Sequence record: NC_070987.1
Length of the DNA: 64,000 bases
From: Escherichia phage MN05
Reading direction: 5' to 3' (one strand)
In this document: one piece after another, positions 31,018 through 40,165 of the stretch
Layout: each line of letters starts with the position of its first letter
Position numbering within the stretch: position 1 is the first letter of the stretch
Program-made: the position numbers and the translations under genes
The notes under the pieces: model-generated
The model's database searches: none
The model's input: only the letters and a program-made list of their open reading frames with translations
Told to the model about the DNA's origin: nothing

Positions 31018-31764
31018 TCAGAATGGGCTATCGTTGTCGTCTTCGTAAGTAGAAGCAGGCTCTTTATCAATCGTAGGGATTGAAGGAGTAGCTTCTTTCT
31101 GCTCTGTTTCAGAAGCACGAGTAATTTCACGACCAGCCAGAGGCATGTTCTTAGCGTCATTAGCTTGAGTAAGCAGGTTGCGCTGGAACGGGAACATCAG
31201 TTGATAGGATGCTACGTTCTCATCGGTTTCAGCATACGGTTCGAAGAATACCAGAGGACTACGAGCTTCGCCAACTGCTGCACGATATTTGGTTGGGATT
31301 GGAGAAATGGTCTTGATGGAGTTTTTAACTTCACCAGCTTTGTTAGTGTAAGAGTTAACCAGAATGTTAACAGGCTGACCTAACAGAACATCCTTGAACC
31401 AAGACAGATCACCTTTCAGTGCTTGAATACTTGGGTCAATCATCTTGCAAAGATCAAGAATACCAGAGTTCTTAGCTCGTGGGTTTACATCATAGCTCTT
31501 GAACTGGCAAGCAGGACGTGGTTCTAATGCCTTACCATCGGAATCTTTACCAGTAGCATCAACACCAATCAGCTCGAAAGCCAAATCCATACGGAAAGCT
31601 GGATTCTTAGGAGTTACTGCTTTGGTCTTCGGGTCAATCCAAGGGTCACGATTGTGAACACCCAAACCTACTACACGAACGATACGTGCTTCGTATTCAC
31701 CATCAGGGATGATGTCGTAGTTGGATTTACGGGAAGAAGTTGCGATAGTTGGAATCATAGACAT
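31018..31764 (-). CDS. ssDNA-binding protein, putative (acidic C-terminal tail)
   Basis: 248 aa; C-terminus ...STYEDDNDSPF resembles the acidic aromatic-terminated tails of E. coli SSB and T7 gp2.5; strong RBS AAGGAA. Confidence 0.45.
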   Translation of the reverse strand: MSMIPTIATSSRKSNYDIIPDGEYEARIVRVVGLGVHNRDPWIDPKTKAVTPKNPAFRMDLAFELIGVDATGKDSDGKALEPRPACQFKSYDVNPRAKNSGILDLCKMIDPSIQALKGDLSWFKDVLLGQPVNILVNSYTNKAGEVKNSIKTISPIPTKYRAAVGEARSPLVFFEPYAETDENVASYQLMFPFQRNLLTQANDAKNMPLAGREITRASETEQKEATPSIPTIDKEPASTYEDDNDSPF

Positions 31765-31819
31765 ATTTTAATTTCCTTATTTAATTTTGAAAGATTGTTG
31801 CTCTCTTTGAGCGGTTATG

Positions 31820-31840
31820 TATAATATACATTATAACTTT
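31820..31840 (-). promoter_or_regulatory. putative promoter with TAATGTATA element (minus strand)
   Basis: minus-strand TTATAATGTATATTATAC about 60 nt upstream of the SSB-like gene start. Confidence 0.45.
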
Positions 31841-31860
31841 TGTAAGATAAGTATCATTTT

Positions 31861-31894
31861 ATTGGTAGTAGATACTCACTAATGATAATGTATA
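31861..31894 (+). promoter_or_regulatory. promoter-like element ATTGGTAGTAGATA-N11-TAATGTATA facing a non-coding region
   Basis: same bipartite element as the minus-strand site at 43167-43200; oriented rightward into about 300 nt with no ATG on the plus strand. Confidence 0.35.
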
Positions 31895-32328
31895 TAAGGT
31901 AGAGTTAGAGAATAACTCTTGCACGGGACTGACGACGATAAGGCGCAGACGACAATCTCTCATAAGTTTGTAAGAAATTGAGAGACTACCGGAAGGGCAG
32001 GAGCCACCTGCGAGATAAAAATAGAGAATTAAGGAATCCTTGATTTAGGTTGTAGGGACTCCTAGGGACTTTGATTCTCTATTTAAAAGAATATTAATTA
32101 CTTACTACCTAAATAATTAACTAGCTTACTTAAACCAAATTCAAGAATAATAGATAAAAAGATTATTCCTAAGAAAGCTAAGAAGTAAAGGATATAAGTT
32201 ACCATTCAAGTAAACCTTTAAAATTAGATTTTTCTACTATCCTCTGATAATGAAGATTAGAATCAGCTTGTTTCTTTAACATCTCATTATATCTATCTCT
32301 GATAGAGTCTTTATAAACTACAGGTTCT

Positions 32329-32832
32329 TTAAATAATGAGATCTTGTTCTTTTCTTCTTTCATCGAAAACCTTCCTAATCTCTTGCAGAGAAACAGCTTT
32401 ATAATTAATTTGCTCCATTGATGTACAGAAATATCTCCAATCATTAATTACATGGTTATGAGTATGAGCATAAATATTAAACTTCCCTCTCATCTCATCA
32501 GTGTGAATAGGAATATGAGTTACCCAAAACTCTTTATATTTATAATCACCAGAGATTCTACGGAAGACTTTCATCATATCAGGGAGAAGTTCTAACCTGT
32601 CATGGTTCCCTAAGACTAGATGCTTCTCTCCTCTAACTTCAGCGATGATATCAAGGGCATACTTTTCAAACACCCAATCACCGGTAAAGAAAACTTTATC
32701 ACGTTTGGTTACGTGGTCAAAAGCAGCCAGAATTGCTTTGTCATGCTCTTCAATGTTTTTAAATTGCTTACGAAAACTACAGATGTTGCGATGGCCTAAG
32801 TGACCATCTCCTGCAAAATAAACTTCAGCCAT
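32329..32832 (-). CDS. calcineurin-like metallophosphoesterase
   Basis: 167 aa; GDGHLGH, FTGDWV, LGNHD and HTHNH motifs match the metallophosphatase signature. Confidence 0.6.
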   Translation of the reverse strand: MAEVYFAGDGHLGHRNICSFRKQFKNIEEHDKAILAAFDHVTKRDKVFFTGDWVFEKYALDIIAEVRGEKHLVLGNHDRLELLPDMMKVFRRISGDYKYKEFWVTHIPIHTDEMRGKFNIYAHTHNHVINDWRYFCTSMEQINYKAVSLQEIRKVFDERRKEQDLII

Positions 32833-32841
32833 AAAGACCTC

Positions 32842-33057
32842 TTAAATCAAGCATCCATCACAGGTTAAGTCACCTAATAGGGACAGGGAGAGTAATCTGG
32901 ATTGTTCATCGCTGTACAGTTGATCAATCTCTTCTTTAAGTTTTGCCAATTCCATAAAATTAATAAGCTGTCCATGTTCTAGACAGTCTGTTTTCAATAT
33001 GAATAAAACATCAGCGTCTTTTGAATCTTCACTTGAGTATTTATCAATGTATTCCAT
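32842..33057 (-). CDS. hypothetical protein
   Basis: 71 aa ORF in minus-strand operon. Confidence 0.3.
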   Translation of the reverse strand: MEYIDKYSSEDSKDADVLFILKTDCLEHGQLINFMELAKLKEEIDQLYSDEQSRLLSLSLLGDLTCDGCLI

Positions 33058-33059
33058 TT

Positions 33060-33281
33060 TTATGCCACATCTCCTTGTTTGTTGTTAATAACATCCAGTG
33101 CTGTATAAGCTTTACCTGTTCCTAGATATTCTAGAACTGGAGGATTCTTCTTTTCTTCAGCGACTACATAAGGTGTGATCTTTCCTTTCAGTACAGCCTG
33201 AGATGCTTTAGCACTGTCTTCAGAGGTATGAATAGTGGTAAGCTCTTTCTTTCCAATCTTATAAGTGTGAATCCAAATCAT
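33060..33281 (-). CDS. hypothetical protein
   Basis: 73 aa ORF in minus-strand operon. Confidence 0.3.
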   Translation of the reverse strand: MIWIHTYKIGKKELTTIHTSEDSAKASQAVLKGKITPYVVAEEKKNPPVLEYLGTGKAYTALDVINNKQGDVA

Positions 33282-33441
33282 ACTTCTTCCTTATATTCCC
33301 AATTTCTTTCATAATATCCAGAGTTATAGTTTAGGGCGCACTTCTCGGCCTCTTCTATGTCGTCAGTGTTTAGGATATTTACCCACCCTCCAGTCTCATC
33401 AAAACCTTCTTCTTCCTCATTAATCCATACACTGTATTTCT

Positions 33442-33834
33442 TCATCGAATCACCAAAGGCTCTTCAGAGTACACAGGAGCGGCTATTTCTACAGGAGGTG
33501 CTGCCCTAAGGTCATTAAGTCTTACGCCCTTCAGCATACCATCTAGGTGGTCCTTTTTGGGGATTCCAACAGGGAAGTCATCAATCCAGATATCTACAAA
33601 GAAACCTAGCTGTCGACAGACCTCATCCTTCTGCACACCGTTGCAAAAGATGATAGGAATTTGCAAACACTCTGCATCAATCTTAATGTCGTGGTTATCG
33701 TACCCATTAGGCTCTGCAAAGCGATAAGTTACAAAACGTACATCATAACCTTTCGCTTGCATTAATGTCACCACAGAGCGCCACAGCTCCTTATCTGAGG
33801 TGTAAGTGTCATCATAATCTAAACCAATATTCAT
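33442..33834 (-). CDS. HAD-family phosphatase-like protein
   Basis: start revised to the ATG with AAAGGA RBS; N-terminal GLDYDDT (DxDxT) and C-terminal DIWIDD resemble HAD motifs I and IV. Confidence 0.4.
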   Translation of the reverse strand: MNIGLDYDDTYTSDKELWRSVVTLMQAKGYDVRFVTYRFAEPNGYDNHDIKIDAECLQIPIIFCNGVQKDEVCRQLGFFVDIWIDDFPVGIPKKDHLDGMLKGVRLNDLRAAPPVEIAAPVYSEEPLVIR

Positions 33835-33850
33835 GTCAAGTCCTTTAGAC

Positions 33851-33876
33851 AAGAAAAGCCGCCCTAAGGCAGCTTT
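33851..33876 (-). terminator. terminator/attenuator hairpin (minus strand)
   Basis: minus-strand GCTGCC-ttag-GGCGGC hairpin with G-U pair followed by TTTTCTT; fully paired only in the minus-strand transcript. Confidence 0.45.
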
Positions 33877-34066
33877 TTATTTAACTATTCACTTTAGCTT
33901 CAAGTGCTTCATTTTCGATACTCAAGTCAATCACTACACCAGTAAGCTCAACGACTGCTTGGCGAAGGGCATCTTTACCCATAGAGTGTACTTGAGATAA
34001 GAAGAAAGCTTTACCTTCTTCAGTGGATAGGGTTTCTTTTAATTCAGAAGCAGTCATTGATATTCC

Positions 34067-34261
34067 TTATGTTATGTTATAAATTCGCATGATTGTACCA
34101 CCATTGGCTTCAATAGCAGCAACCATTTGGTTTCGTTCTTCATCCGTGTAAACTAACACACTTCTAAACTCACCTGTTGCATCAGTATAAAGGATGTTAT
34201 ATTTTGGAGGCGGTTTACGGTAAATACCTTCCATCACTCTTTCTCCTCTCGTTCTTTCCAC
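34067..34261 (-). CDS. hypothetical protein
   Basis: 64 aa ORF. Confidence 0.3.
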   Translation of the reverse strand: MERTRGERVMEGIYRKPPPKYNILYTDATGEFRSVLVYTDEERNQMVAAIEANGGTIMRIYNIT

Positions 34262-34417
34262 AGTTCAGCAAGTTCTAAATAAAACTCAGCTTCATCAGGA
34301 CGTCCTTGTTCATTACAGATGGCGCTCTGACGATAACACCAATCCGATGGCATCTCTTCCACTTCAATCTCCTTGTTACGAACCAATCAATAAGAATAGT
34401 TCATTCGTCTTATTTAT

Positions 34418-34609
34418 TCACTCTACCAATGCAGGTACTTCTATCCTTTTAACTGTGAATGACTTGTTTGGAAACTTTCGAACTAACTCTGCTGCTTTGG
34501 TTATTGCTAAGTTCTCTGTCTCAAAGATACACAGTTGACCATTTAATGCTACGAGAGTGGAGCCACCACTGTAGATGGCCCAAGATTGATAATAACTACG
34601 AACACTCAT
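34418..34609 (-). CDS. hypothetical protein
   Basis: 63 aa ORF. Confidence 0.3.
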   Translation of the reverse strand: MSVRSYYQSWAIYSGGSTLVALNGQLCIFETENLAITKAAELVRKFPNKSFTVKRIEVPALVE

Positions 34610-34617
34610 AACTCACC

Positions 34618-35040
34618 TTATTTAATCTTAAAGTCTTCTGTTTTTATTGAAGCCCGAGATCCAGTTACAACACTCCCATCTTCGAGCAATTTTCCAAAAG
34701 TGAAAGATTTCTTATCTAAAACCAGATCTACTGGAAACCTCCACAACCCTGTATCGTGAACAACTATCAGTTCGTCAAAATCATCTCTAGTGTATTCCCT
34801 GACAGAGAAGTCAGTCGGCTTCCCTTGTAGCCGTATCTGCAAATACGTCCCATGTTTTGTGGGATTTTCAGAAGCCTTCTTTACTTGCACTTTTATAGTC
34901 TCAGAGTTTTTACTAGCTATAAAATCACATTTACTTTGAGGCATTATTGGGGTGTATATTTCATACCCCTCCTCAATATAATACACCTGAGCAGTTAGTT
35001 CTGCTAACATCCCAATTCTGTGGTTCTCACTTCCACTCAA
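34618..35040 (-). CDS. putative PD-(D/E)xK-fold nuclease (possible junction resolvase)
   Basis: 140 aa; CDFIASKNSETIKVQVKK is compatible with a D...E.K nuclease core; adjacent to the DNA polymerase gene. Confidence 0.3.
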   Translation of the reverse strand: MSGSENHRIGMLAELTAQVYYIEEGYEIYTPIMPQSKCDFIASKNSETIKVQVKKASENPTKHGTYLQIRLQGKPTDFSVREYTRDDFDELIVVHDTGLWRFPVDLVLDKKSFTFGKLLEDGSVVTGSRASIKTEDFKIK

Positions 35041-35050
35041 AATTGATCTC

Positions 35051-36895
35051 CTAGTGAGTATTCATCCAATTTAATCCAATCTGACAATCAGAAGCCAGAG
35101 GACATTCCATATTCAAATACTCACCAGCCTTCTTAACACAAAGCTCGGTGTGCTCTTTGAGTTTCTGTACATCGTTACGATTAACTGAGAATTGACCTTC
35201 ATCGTGCATATCAATTACCTTAGCACAACGAACTCCATCCCTCTCAATCCACTTGTTTAGGAACATCATAGCATATTTCATAACAACAGCACCAGCACAT
35301 TGCAGGAGTGTGTTAAGAGCTTTATGAACCATAACTTTACCAGTTGCATCTCGTCTCATTGTAATCTTACGACCATCAACACCAATCAAGTATCCCTGAG
35401 CAGCCTTTTCTGTCATACGATCAATGAGGATTGCAATACATGGGTTCTCTGCCAAGAAACGTGCCCGCATCACTGAACCTTCGTCAGCCCCACCACCCAC
35501 AATTGAACCGAGCTTAGCATCACCAGCACCATAGTTGAATGCGTAGATAAATGTCTTAGCGTTGTCGCGAGTAGGAAGACCAGCAAGTTTCTGGTTGTGG
35601 GAGTGGATATCACCTTCAAGGAGAATATCACGATACATAATAGCAGAAGCTAAACCACGTTCTGCCAGAGCTTTCTTAGCTGGGTTGTTCTCTTCGATTG
35701 CCTCAGCAAGCATATCCCTACACTCTTTAATGAGGTAGTGAGCGAGCATACGAAGTTCAAGTCCAGAACCATCATACCCTAAGAATACTTCTTTACCAGC
35801 GGGTATGTAATATTTGTAAGCACCTACAGGTTTGTCTTTCTTCCCCGGCTTACCTTTCTCATAAATTACGTTAGTACCTTTTCGTATATAACAACCATCA
35901 GGAACAACGTTAGTAATAACGAAAGGACGAGAGTGATCACTGTCTGAGTTATAGTCAGACTCAAACAAACTGCGACACTCATGACCAAACAAACCACGGG
36001 AGGGAATATTAACCACGATACGATGTTTGAATCGAAAAGTCGGCGTAGCGCAGCTGTTAGCTTCTGCCGAAAGTTTACCATCTTCGCGTTCCTTTGCTAT
36101 GAGTCCACTGATAAGACCTAGCCTGTGAGCCGCTACAACGCGCCTCTTAAGCAAACTTCCGACACTCCCTAGCTCACCCCCTAACCCCTCTTCAAGAGTC
36201 TCCTCGAGGTTTGTAGGAGCTGTAGGCCACTTGTTTGAGGTAGCTAGTGCTATCTTAATCTCATCAAAAGTGATAGGTCTACGTCGGTTAGGGTTTAAAC
36301 CTAAACCAAACACATAAGCCTTCATATAGTTCTTAGTTTTAAACCTAAAATGCTTCTCTAAGAACTTCCTAATATCAGCGTCAACCATCTCGGCTGTCTG
36401 TTTCTTTTTAGCATTACCTTGTATCCAAGCTGAATACCACGCTTGATATGTTCCATACTTTCTTATATCTTTCTTAATTTCAAAAGTATTCCAAGGTTTC
36501 TTTGATACGTTAAACTCTGGAGGAAGAAAACCCTCATCCATAAGGGCTTCTTTAACTCGTGCATCTTTCGATGGGTCAAAGTCTACGTACTCTACACAGG
36601 TGAAAGCTCCACCAATGTCTTCTCTCTTCAGCCCAACCCTATCACAATAGGCTTGAGGCCACTTCTGTAAAGCTCCAGACTTCTTAAACGGCTTCATGTA
36701 AGTAGAGCCATCTAATCTCATCTTAGGTAAGAGAGGAATCAACTCTCTGTCAATATTAACAATAATCTCTTTAAGGAGGTGAACATACCACCGAGCATTT
36801 CTTCGGTTGAAACTCACTCCGTGCTTTGCTTGCTTAGAGATTATATCAGCGACAGTCATCTCTGTCAAAAATGGAAGAGCGTCCGGGTTGCTCAC
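35051..36895 (-). CDS. DNA polymerase, family A polymerase domain (T7 gp5-like), lacking the exonuclease domain
   Basis: 614 aa; YDGSGLELRMLAHY (motif A), RDNAKTFIYAFNYGAGDAKLG (motif B), VIDMHDEGQF (motif C); C-terminus ends ...GLNWMNTH like T7 gp5. Confidence 0.8.
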   Translation of the reverse strand: MSNPDALPFLTEMTVADIISKQAKHGVSFNRRNARWYVHLLKEIIVNIDRELIPLLPKMRLDGSTYMKPFKKSGALQKWPQAYCDRVGLKREDIGGAFTCVEYVDFDPSKDARVKEALMDEGFLPPEFNVSKKPWNTFEIKKDIRKYGTYQAWYSAWIQGNAKKKQTAEMVDADIRKFLEKHFRFKTKNYMKAYVFGLGLNPNRRRPITFDEIKIALATSNKWPTAPTNLEETLEEGLGGELGSVGSLLKRRVVAAHRLGLISGLIAKEREDGKLSAEANSCATPTFRFKHRIVVNIPSRGLFGHECRSLFESDYNSDSDHSRPFVITNVVPDGCYIRKGTNVIYEKGKPGKKDKPVGAYKYYIPAGKEVFLGYDGSGLELRMLAHYLIKECRDMLAEAIEENNPAKKALAERGLASAIMYRDILLEGDIHSHNQKLAGLPTRDNAKTFIYAFNYGAGDAKLGSIVGGGADEGSVMRARFLAENPCIAILIDRMTEKAAQGYLIGVDGRKITMRRDATGKVMVHKALNTLLQCAGAVVMKYAMMFLNKWIERDGVRCAKVIDMHDEGQFSVNRNDVQKLKEHTELCVKKAGEYLNMECPLASDCQIGLNWMNTH

Positions 36896-36911
36896 TTTAT
36901 ACTCCTTTAAA

Positions 36912-37334
36912 TTATTGGTAAATCAAATCCGTAAATGCTTGATTGTCTTCTATCACATCTAACACGGTAGCTTCATAACTGTAAGCCCTAACCGCCCCGT
37001 TAACAACTATCCGAGGAGTAGGTGGAGGTGGTGCATGGTTAGCCCTAGCTTCACGAGGTTGCTCTCGTACTAGATGAGCCACAACTCTTTGGTTAGCGAC
37101 TTCTTCTCTTTCTCGGATAGCTCTCTGAATGTAAGCTAACTTCATGCCCCAAGCTTCTTCAAACTCTTGAGGGTGTTTATCGCTGATAACTACATACTGA
37201 CGCTCTGGATTACCTGCCCTGATATCTGACAATAGCTCGTGGAATAAATCAAGTTCATGCTCAGTGAGACTTTCTTCAATATCATCCCACTTGAGAACTA
37301 AGAAACGGTTTTGGTGTCTAGCTGGTAATGGCAT
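36912..37334 (-). CDS. hypothetical protein
   Basis: 140 aa ORF. Confidence 0.3.
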   Translation of the reverse strand: MPLPARHQNRFLVLKWDDIEESLTEHELDLFHELLSDIRAGNPERQYVVISDKHPQEFEEAWGMKLAYIQRAIREREEVANQRVVAHLVREQPREARANHAPPPPTPRIVVNGAVRAYSYEATVLDVIEDNQAFTDLIYQ

Positions 37335-37497
37335 TCTACTTCACCTCTACTCTAACGTAAGTTCTCTCGCCAACATCATCTTTCCAGACCCATGCCTTAG
37401 CATCTTCTTCAGACTTAAAAGCTTTCACAACGCTGTATCCACCTTCCCATTCATCACCGAACCAGCGCTGTCCTACGTAAACATATTCTTTCATTAT

Positions 37498-37782
37498 TTA
37501 ACCTTTTGGGAATGGCATTAAAGATTCCATAGCATTTTTGATATCGCTATTGATTCGTTCATCACGGTAAGAGATAAACTTACCTTTGCTATCACGTAAC
37601 ATCACATGAGTTCTTGCTGTTTTATGTGGAAGTAATGTGATACTTTTTGGGATGGTGTTAAGTTCTACAGAGTAGCTATCAATAGTCTTGCTCTCGGTTA
37701 ACAGGTAAGACCAAGTACGTGGTTTCTGCTCTGGGCGATTTGGGTATGTGTCTCGAATCTGAACCATAGCTAACTTATTCAT
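37498..37782 (-). CDS. small protein, paralog family A
   Basis: shares KTART.V.LR...GKFISY...........E.L.PFPKG with the adjacent gene. Confidence 0.4.
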   Translation of the reverse strand: MNKLAMVQIRDTYPNRPEQKPRTWSYLLTESKTIDSYSVELNTIPKSITLLPHKTARTHVMLRDSKGKFISYRDERINSDIKNAMESLMPFPKG

Positions 37783-37783
37783 A

Positions 37784-38035
37784 TTAAACTCCTTTAGGGA
37801 ATGGGATGAGGTTTTCTACTGCAACACGGAACTCTTTCTCTACATCTTTATTCTTATAAGAAATGAATTTACCATCAGCACCACGTAGGATTACGTTAGT
37901 ACGAGCTGTTTTTGGGTTATGACTAATCTGGTTTGCAATGATATTAGCAATGCCGTGATTATTGGTGAACTTCCATTTAACCATACGATTGTTAGACATT
38001 ACATCAATGATATTTACAGATTTTACAATAGACAT
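37784..38035 (-). CDS. small protein, paralog family A
   Basis: tandem paralog of 37498..37782. Confidence 0.4.
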   Translation of the reverse strand: MSIVKSVNIIDVMSNNRMVKWKFTNNHGIANIIANQISHNPKTARTNVILRGADGKFISYKNKDVEKEFRVAVENLIPFPKGV

Positions 38036-38103
38036 ATTTATTACCTAAGAAGTTTAATTTGGTTTATATAAAAGAAAAGGCCACCCATTTGGGTAGCCTT
38101 ATA

Positions 38104-38421
38104 TTACGATGAGCTTAAAGCTCCTTTTCGTGCTCCAGCCGCTTTTCCAGCTCGATTACCACTTTTGCCGCCGTTTGAACGGTTTGAGCTGACTGATTCA
38201 ACACGTAAGTTGCTTGACGCATTAGAGCCTCCAGACTTGACAGCTCGTTTGTGTCCAACATCTTTACCTCTGACAGCAGCTTTTCCATCGCGCTTTTCAA
38301 CGATGCGACGTGCACGGTGGCGCTGAGCATCTCCGCTCTTGCTCCCAACGCCTGTTTCACCACGGGCAATTGCGGTACGTCTTTCTTGTGCATAATCTCT
38401 CTTTCCTACATGGTCTGCCAT
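38104..38421 (-). CDS. basic low-complexity protein (alternative-frame ORF 38115..38393 also possible)
   Basis: 105 aa, K/R/G/S-rich; AAGGAG RBS 6 nt upstream of ATG; a 92-aa helical ORF overlaps in another frame. Confidence 0.35.
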   Translation of the reverse strand: MADHVGKRDYAQERRTAIARGETGVGSKSGDAQRHRARRIVEKRDGKAAVRGKDVGHKRAVKSGGSNASSNLRVESVSSNRSNGGKSGNRAGKAAGARKGALSSS

Positions 38422-38454
38422 TTAAAACTCCTTAATATATCAGTGTACACTAAG

Positions 38455-38470
38455 GAGTATACATTATAAG
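38455..38470 (-). promoter_or_regulatory. putative promoter with TAATGTATA element (minus strand)
   Basis: minus-strand CTTATAATGTATACTCC about 37 nt upstream of the ATG at 38421, just after the PhoH stop. Confidence 0.45.
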
Positions 38471-38477
38471 TTACTGT

Positions 38478-39215
38478 TTAAGCTTTCTTTTCCATTGCTT
38501 TAACAATCGCCTTACAGAAACCAGAACGAACAATGTCATCTGATTCCCCATCTACAATCTCAGCAAACTCATACAGATCATGTTCATCAATAAAGTTAGT
38601 AGCCCAAGTAAGACCACTCTCACGACCACGCATATCATGCTGGTTAGTATCACCCATGCAGAACAGTTGAGAGGTTTCTCCCAATCGAGTCATGATTGAG
38701 AAGGCTTCATCTTTAGTGGTGTTCTGGAACTCATCAACAATAACAATAGCATCATTGAAAGAACGACCACGGAGATATTCCAGAGGTACGAACTCAATGT
38801 TACTGTTACCGAGCTGGCATTCATAGAACCCCTTACCGTATCGCTGAGTAATAACATCAATGATAGGCATCAGGTAAGGTTCAAACTTCTCGCGCATTCC
38901 TCCCGGAAGTAACCCAAGAGAGTTACCCATGCCGACCGAAGGGCGACTCAGAATGATCTTCTGAATCTTACCGCTCTTCAGTGCGTCAATAACTGTGGAA
39001 GTGATTACAAAGGTCTTACCACAGCCCGCAGGAGCGTCTGTGAACACAACTTGTTTAGTCTTAATAGCATTGAGTAGCTCAGACTGAAACTGGTTCTGAG
39101 GGACTACAGGCTTTGCTAAAACCACCTCTTCAAACTCTCGCTTACCTTTACGAGTAACAAGTGCTTCCCGACGAAGGTCTTTCCGTGATTCTTTCCGTGA
39201 TTGACGACGACTCAT
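38478..39215 (-). CDS. phoH: PhoH-like ATPase
   Basis: 245 aa; Walker A APAGCGKTF, LGLLPGGMREKFEPY and IVIVDEFQN match PhoH family signatures. Confidence 0.75.
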   Translation of the reverse strand: MSRRQSRKESRKDLRREALVTRKGKREFEEVVLAKPVVPQNQFQSELLNAIKTKQVVFTDAPAGCGKTFVITSTVIDALKSGKIQKIILSRPSVGMGNSLGLLPGGMREKFEPYLMPIIDVITQRYGKGFYECQLGNSNIEFVPLEYLRGRSFNDAIVIVDEFQNTTKDEAFSIMTRLGETSQLFCMGDTNQHDMRGRESGLTWATNFIDEHDLYEFAEIVDGESDDIVRSGFCKAIVKAMEKKA

Positions 39216-39409
39216 TTACGCTCTCCAATTTCTTCGTAATGACACTCAGTAGTTAAACAATCTTTACAGATTGCTGTGTAAACCCTGACGTTAGTAAATC
39301 GTTTGTTCTTCCCTTTGGTTGGAGAGCCTTTGGCAAGCTCTCTGATAACCTTGTTACTTAAATGAAGGTTTGTTCCTTCACATCTAGAGCACTTCACCAC
39401 AATGTCCAT
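39212..39409 (-). CDS. zinc-ribbon small protein
   Basis: 65 aa with CSRC...CKDC cysteine pairs. Confidence 0.35.
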   Translation of the reverse strand: MDIVVKCSRCEGTNLHLSNKVIRELAKGSPTKGKNKRFTNVRVYTAICKDCLTTECHYEEIGERK

Positions 39410-39594
39410 TCAGTAAGAGACCACAGAGAGTCACCTATGTTGGCATTGTCATTCCTGATGAGGTCTTTGATTTTATCAACATCAGTTAAGTGAGTCACAT
39501 TCAAAATATCCTCAACATCCGGGGCATATTTAAATATGGCAACAATACTGTTGTGATCTTCAGCATATCTTTCTAGAACATAAACTACGCTCAT
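39394..39594 (-). CDS. hypothetical protein
   Basis: 66 aa ORF. Confidence 0.3.
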   Translation of the reverse strand: MSVVYVLERYAEDHNSIVAIFKYAPDVEDILNVTHLTDVDKIKDLIRNDNANIGDSLWSLTEWTLW

Positions 39595-39914
39595 GCGACG
39601 TTAACCTCTTTATGAAGTCTGTAAACGGCTGTCGCCATACAAGCAACAGCCTCATTGTGTGGGAGATGCATACCTGTAGAACCATCCCAATCTCTGAACT
39701 CATTGTCAAAGACTCCGGTAGGCTCTGGATACAAGGCTTGCAACTCAACCAAATCATTAGCAACTTGTTGCCATTTATCATCAGACCAGATAGGGTCATC
39801 CAACCAGTAATACAAATAGGAATGGATGATCAATTGCCTTCTATGCCGATTAATTACTTCAGCGGGACTTATCTCACTTCCATTTGAAGTCCTAAATGTA
39901 TTACTGTCAATCAT
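39591..39914 (-). CDS. standalone NAD-dependent DNA ligase domain Ia-like protein
   Basis: 107 aa; RHRRQLIIHSYLYYWLDDPIWSDDKWQQVANDLVELQALYPE parallels the LigA N-terminal Ia motif (R..L..H.YLY..D.P.I.D..YD.L..EL..L...PE). Confidence 0.45.
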   Translation of the reverse strand: MIDSNTFRTSNGSEISPAEVINRHRRQLIIHSYLYYWLDDPIWSDDKWQQVANDLVELQALYPEPTGVFDNEFRDWDGSTGMHLPHNEAVACMATAVYRLHKEVNVA

Positions 39915-40165
39915 TTCACAACCTTAAATTTGAATGTTGTTGGGTGATAATAGTGCAACCTGTTAATGGTGTGCTTTGTTTCAAGATATATCCTACAAGA
40001 GTGACACATCACATGATTTAGACCAGTCACAGGATTGGGCTTAAAGTTGGCGATAGGCTTCTCTTTCTTACAGAAGCTACAGATCTTCTTTTCCATCTTT
40101 TCTCCAGTGGTCAACGAATTGCTGAAACACTTTATGGTCGAATGTGAAACCGCTAGCAATTCCAC
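39911..40165 (-). CDS. zinc-finger small protein, hypothetical
   Basis: CSFC...CHSC cysteine pairs; start probably at an internal Met. Confidence 0.3.
   Translation of the reverse strand: MELLAVSHSTIKCFSNSLTTGEKMEKKICSFCKKEKPIANFKPNPVTGLNHVMCHSCRIYLETKHTINRLHYYHPTTFKFKVVK

Noticed and set aside
30945-31160. 71-aa minus-strand ORF overlapping the terminator and the 3' end of the SSB-like gene
   Set aside because: Overlaps a better-supported gene and a terminator hairpin; low-complexity K/L-rich translation; likely artefact.
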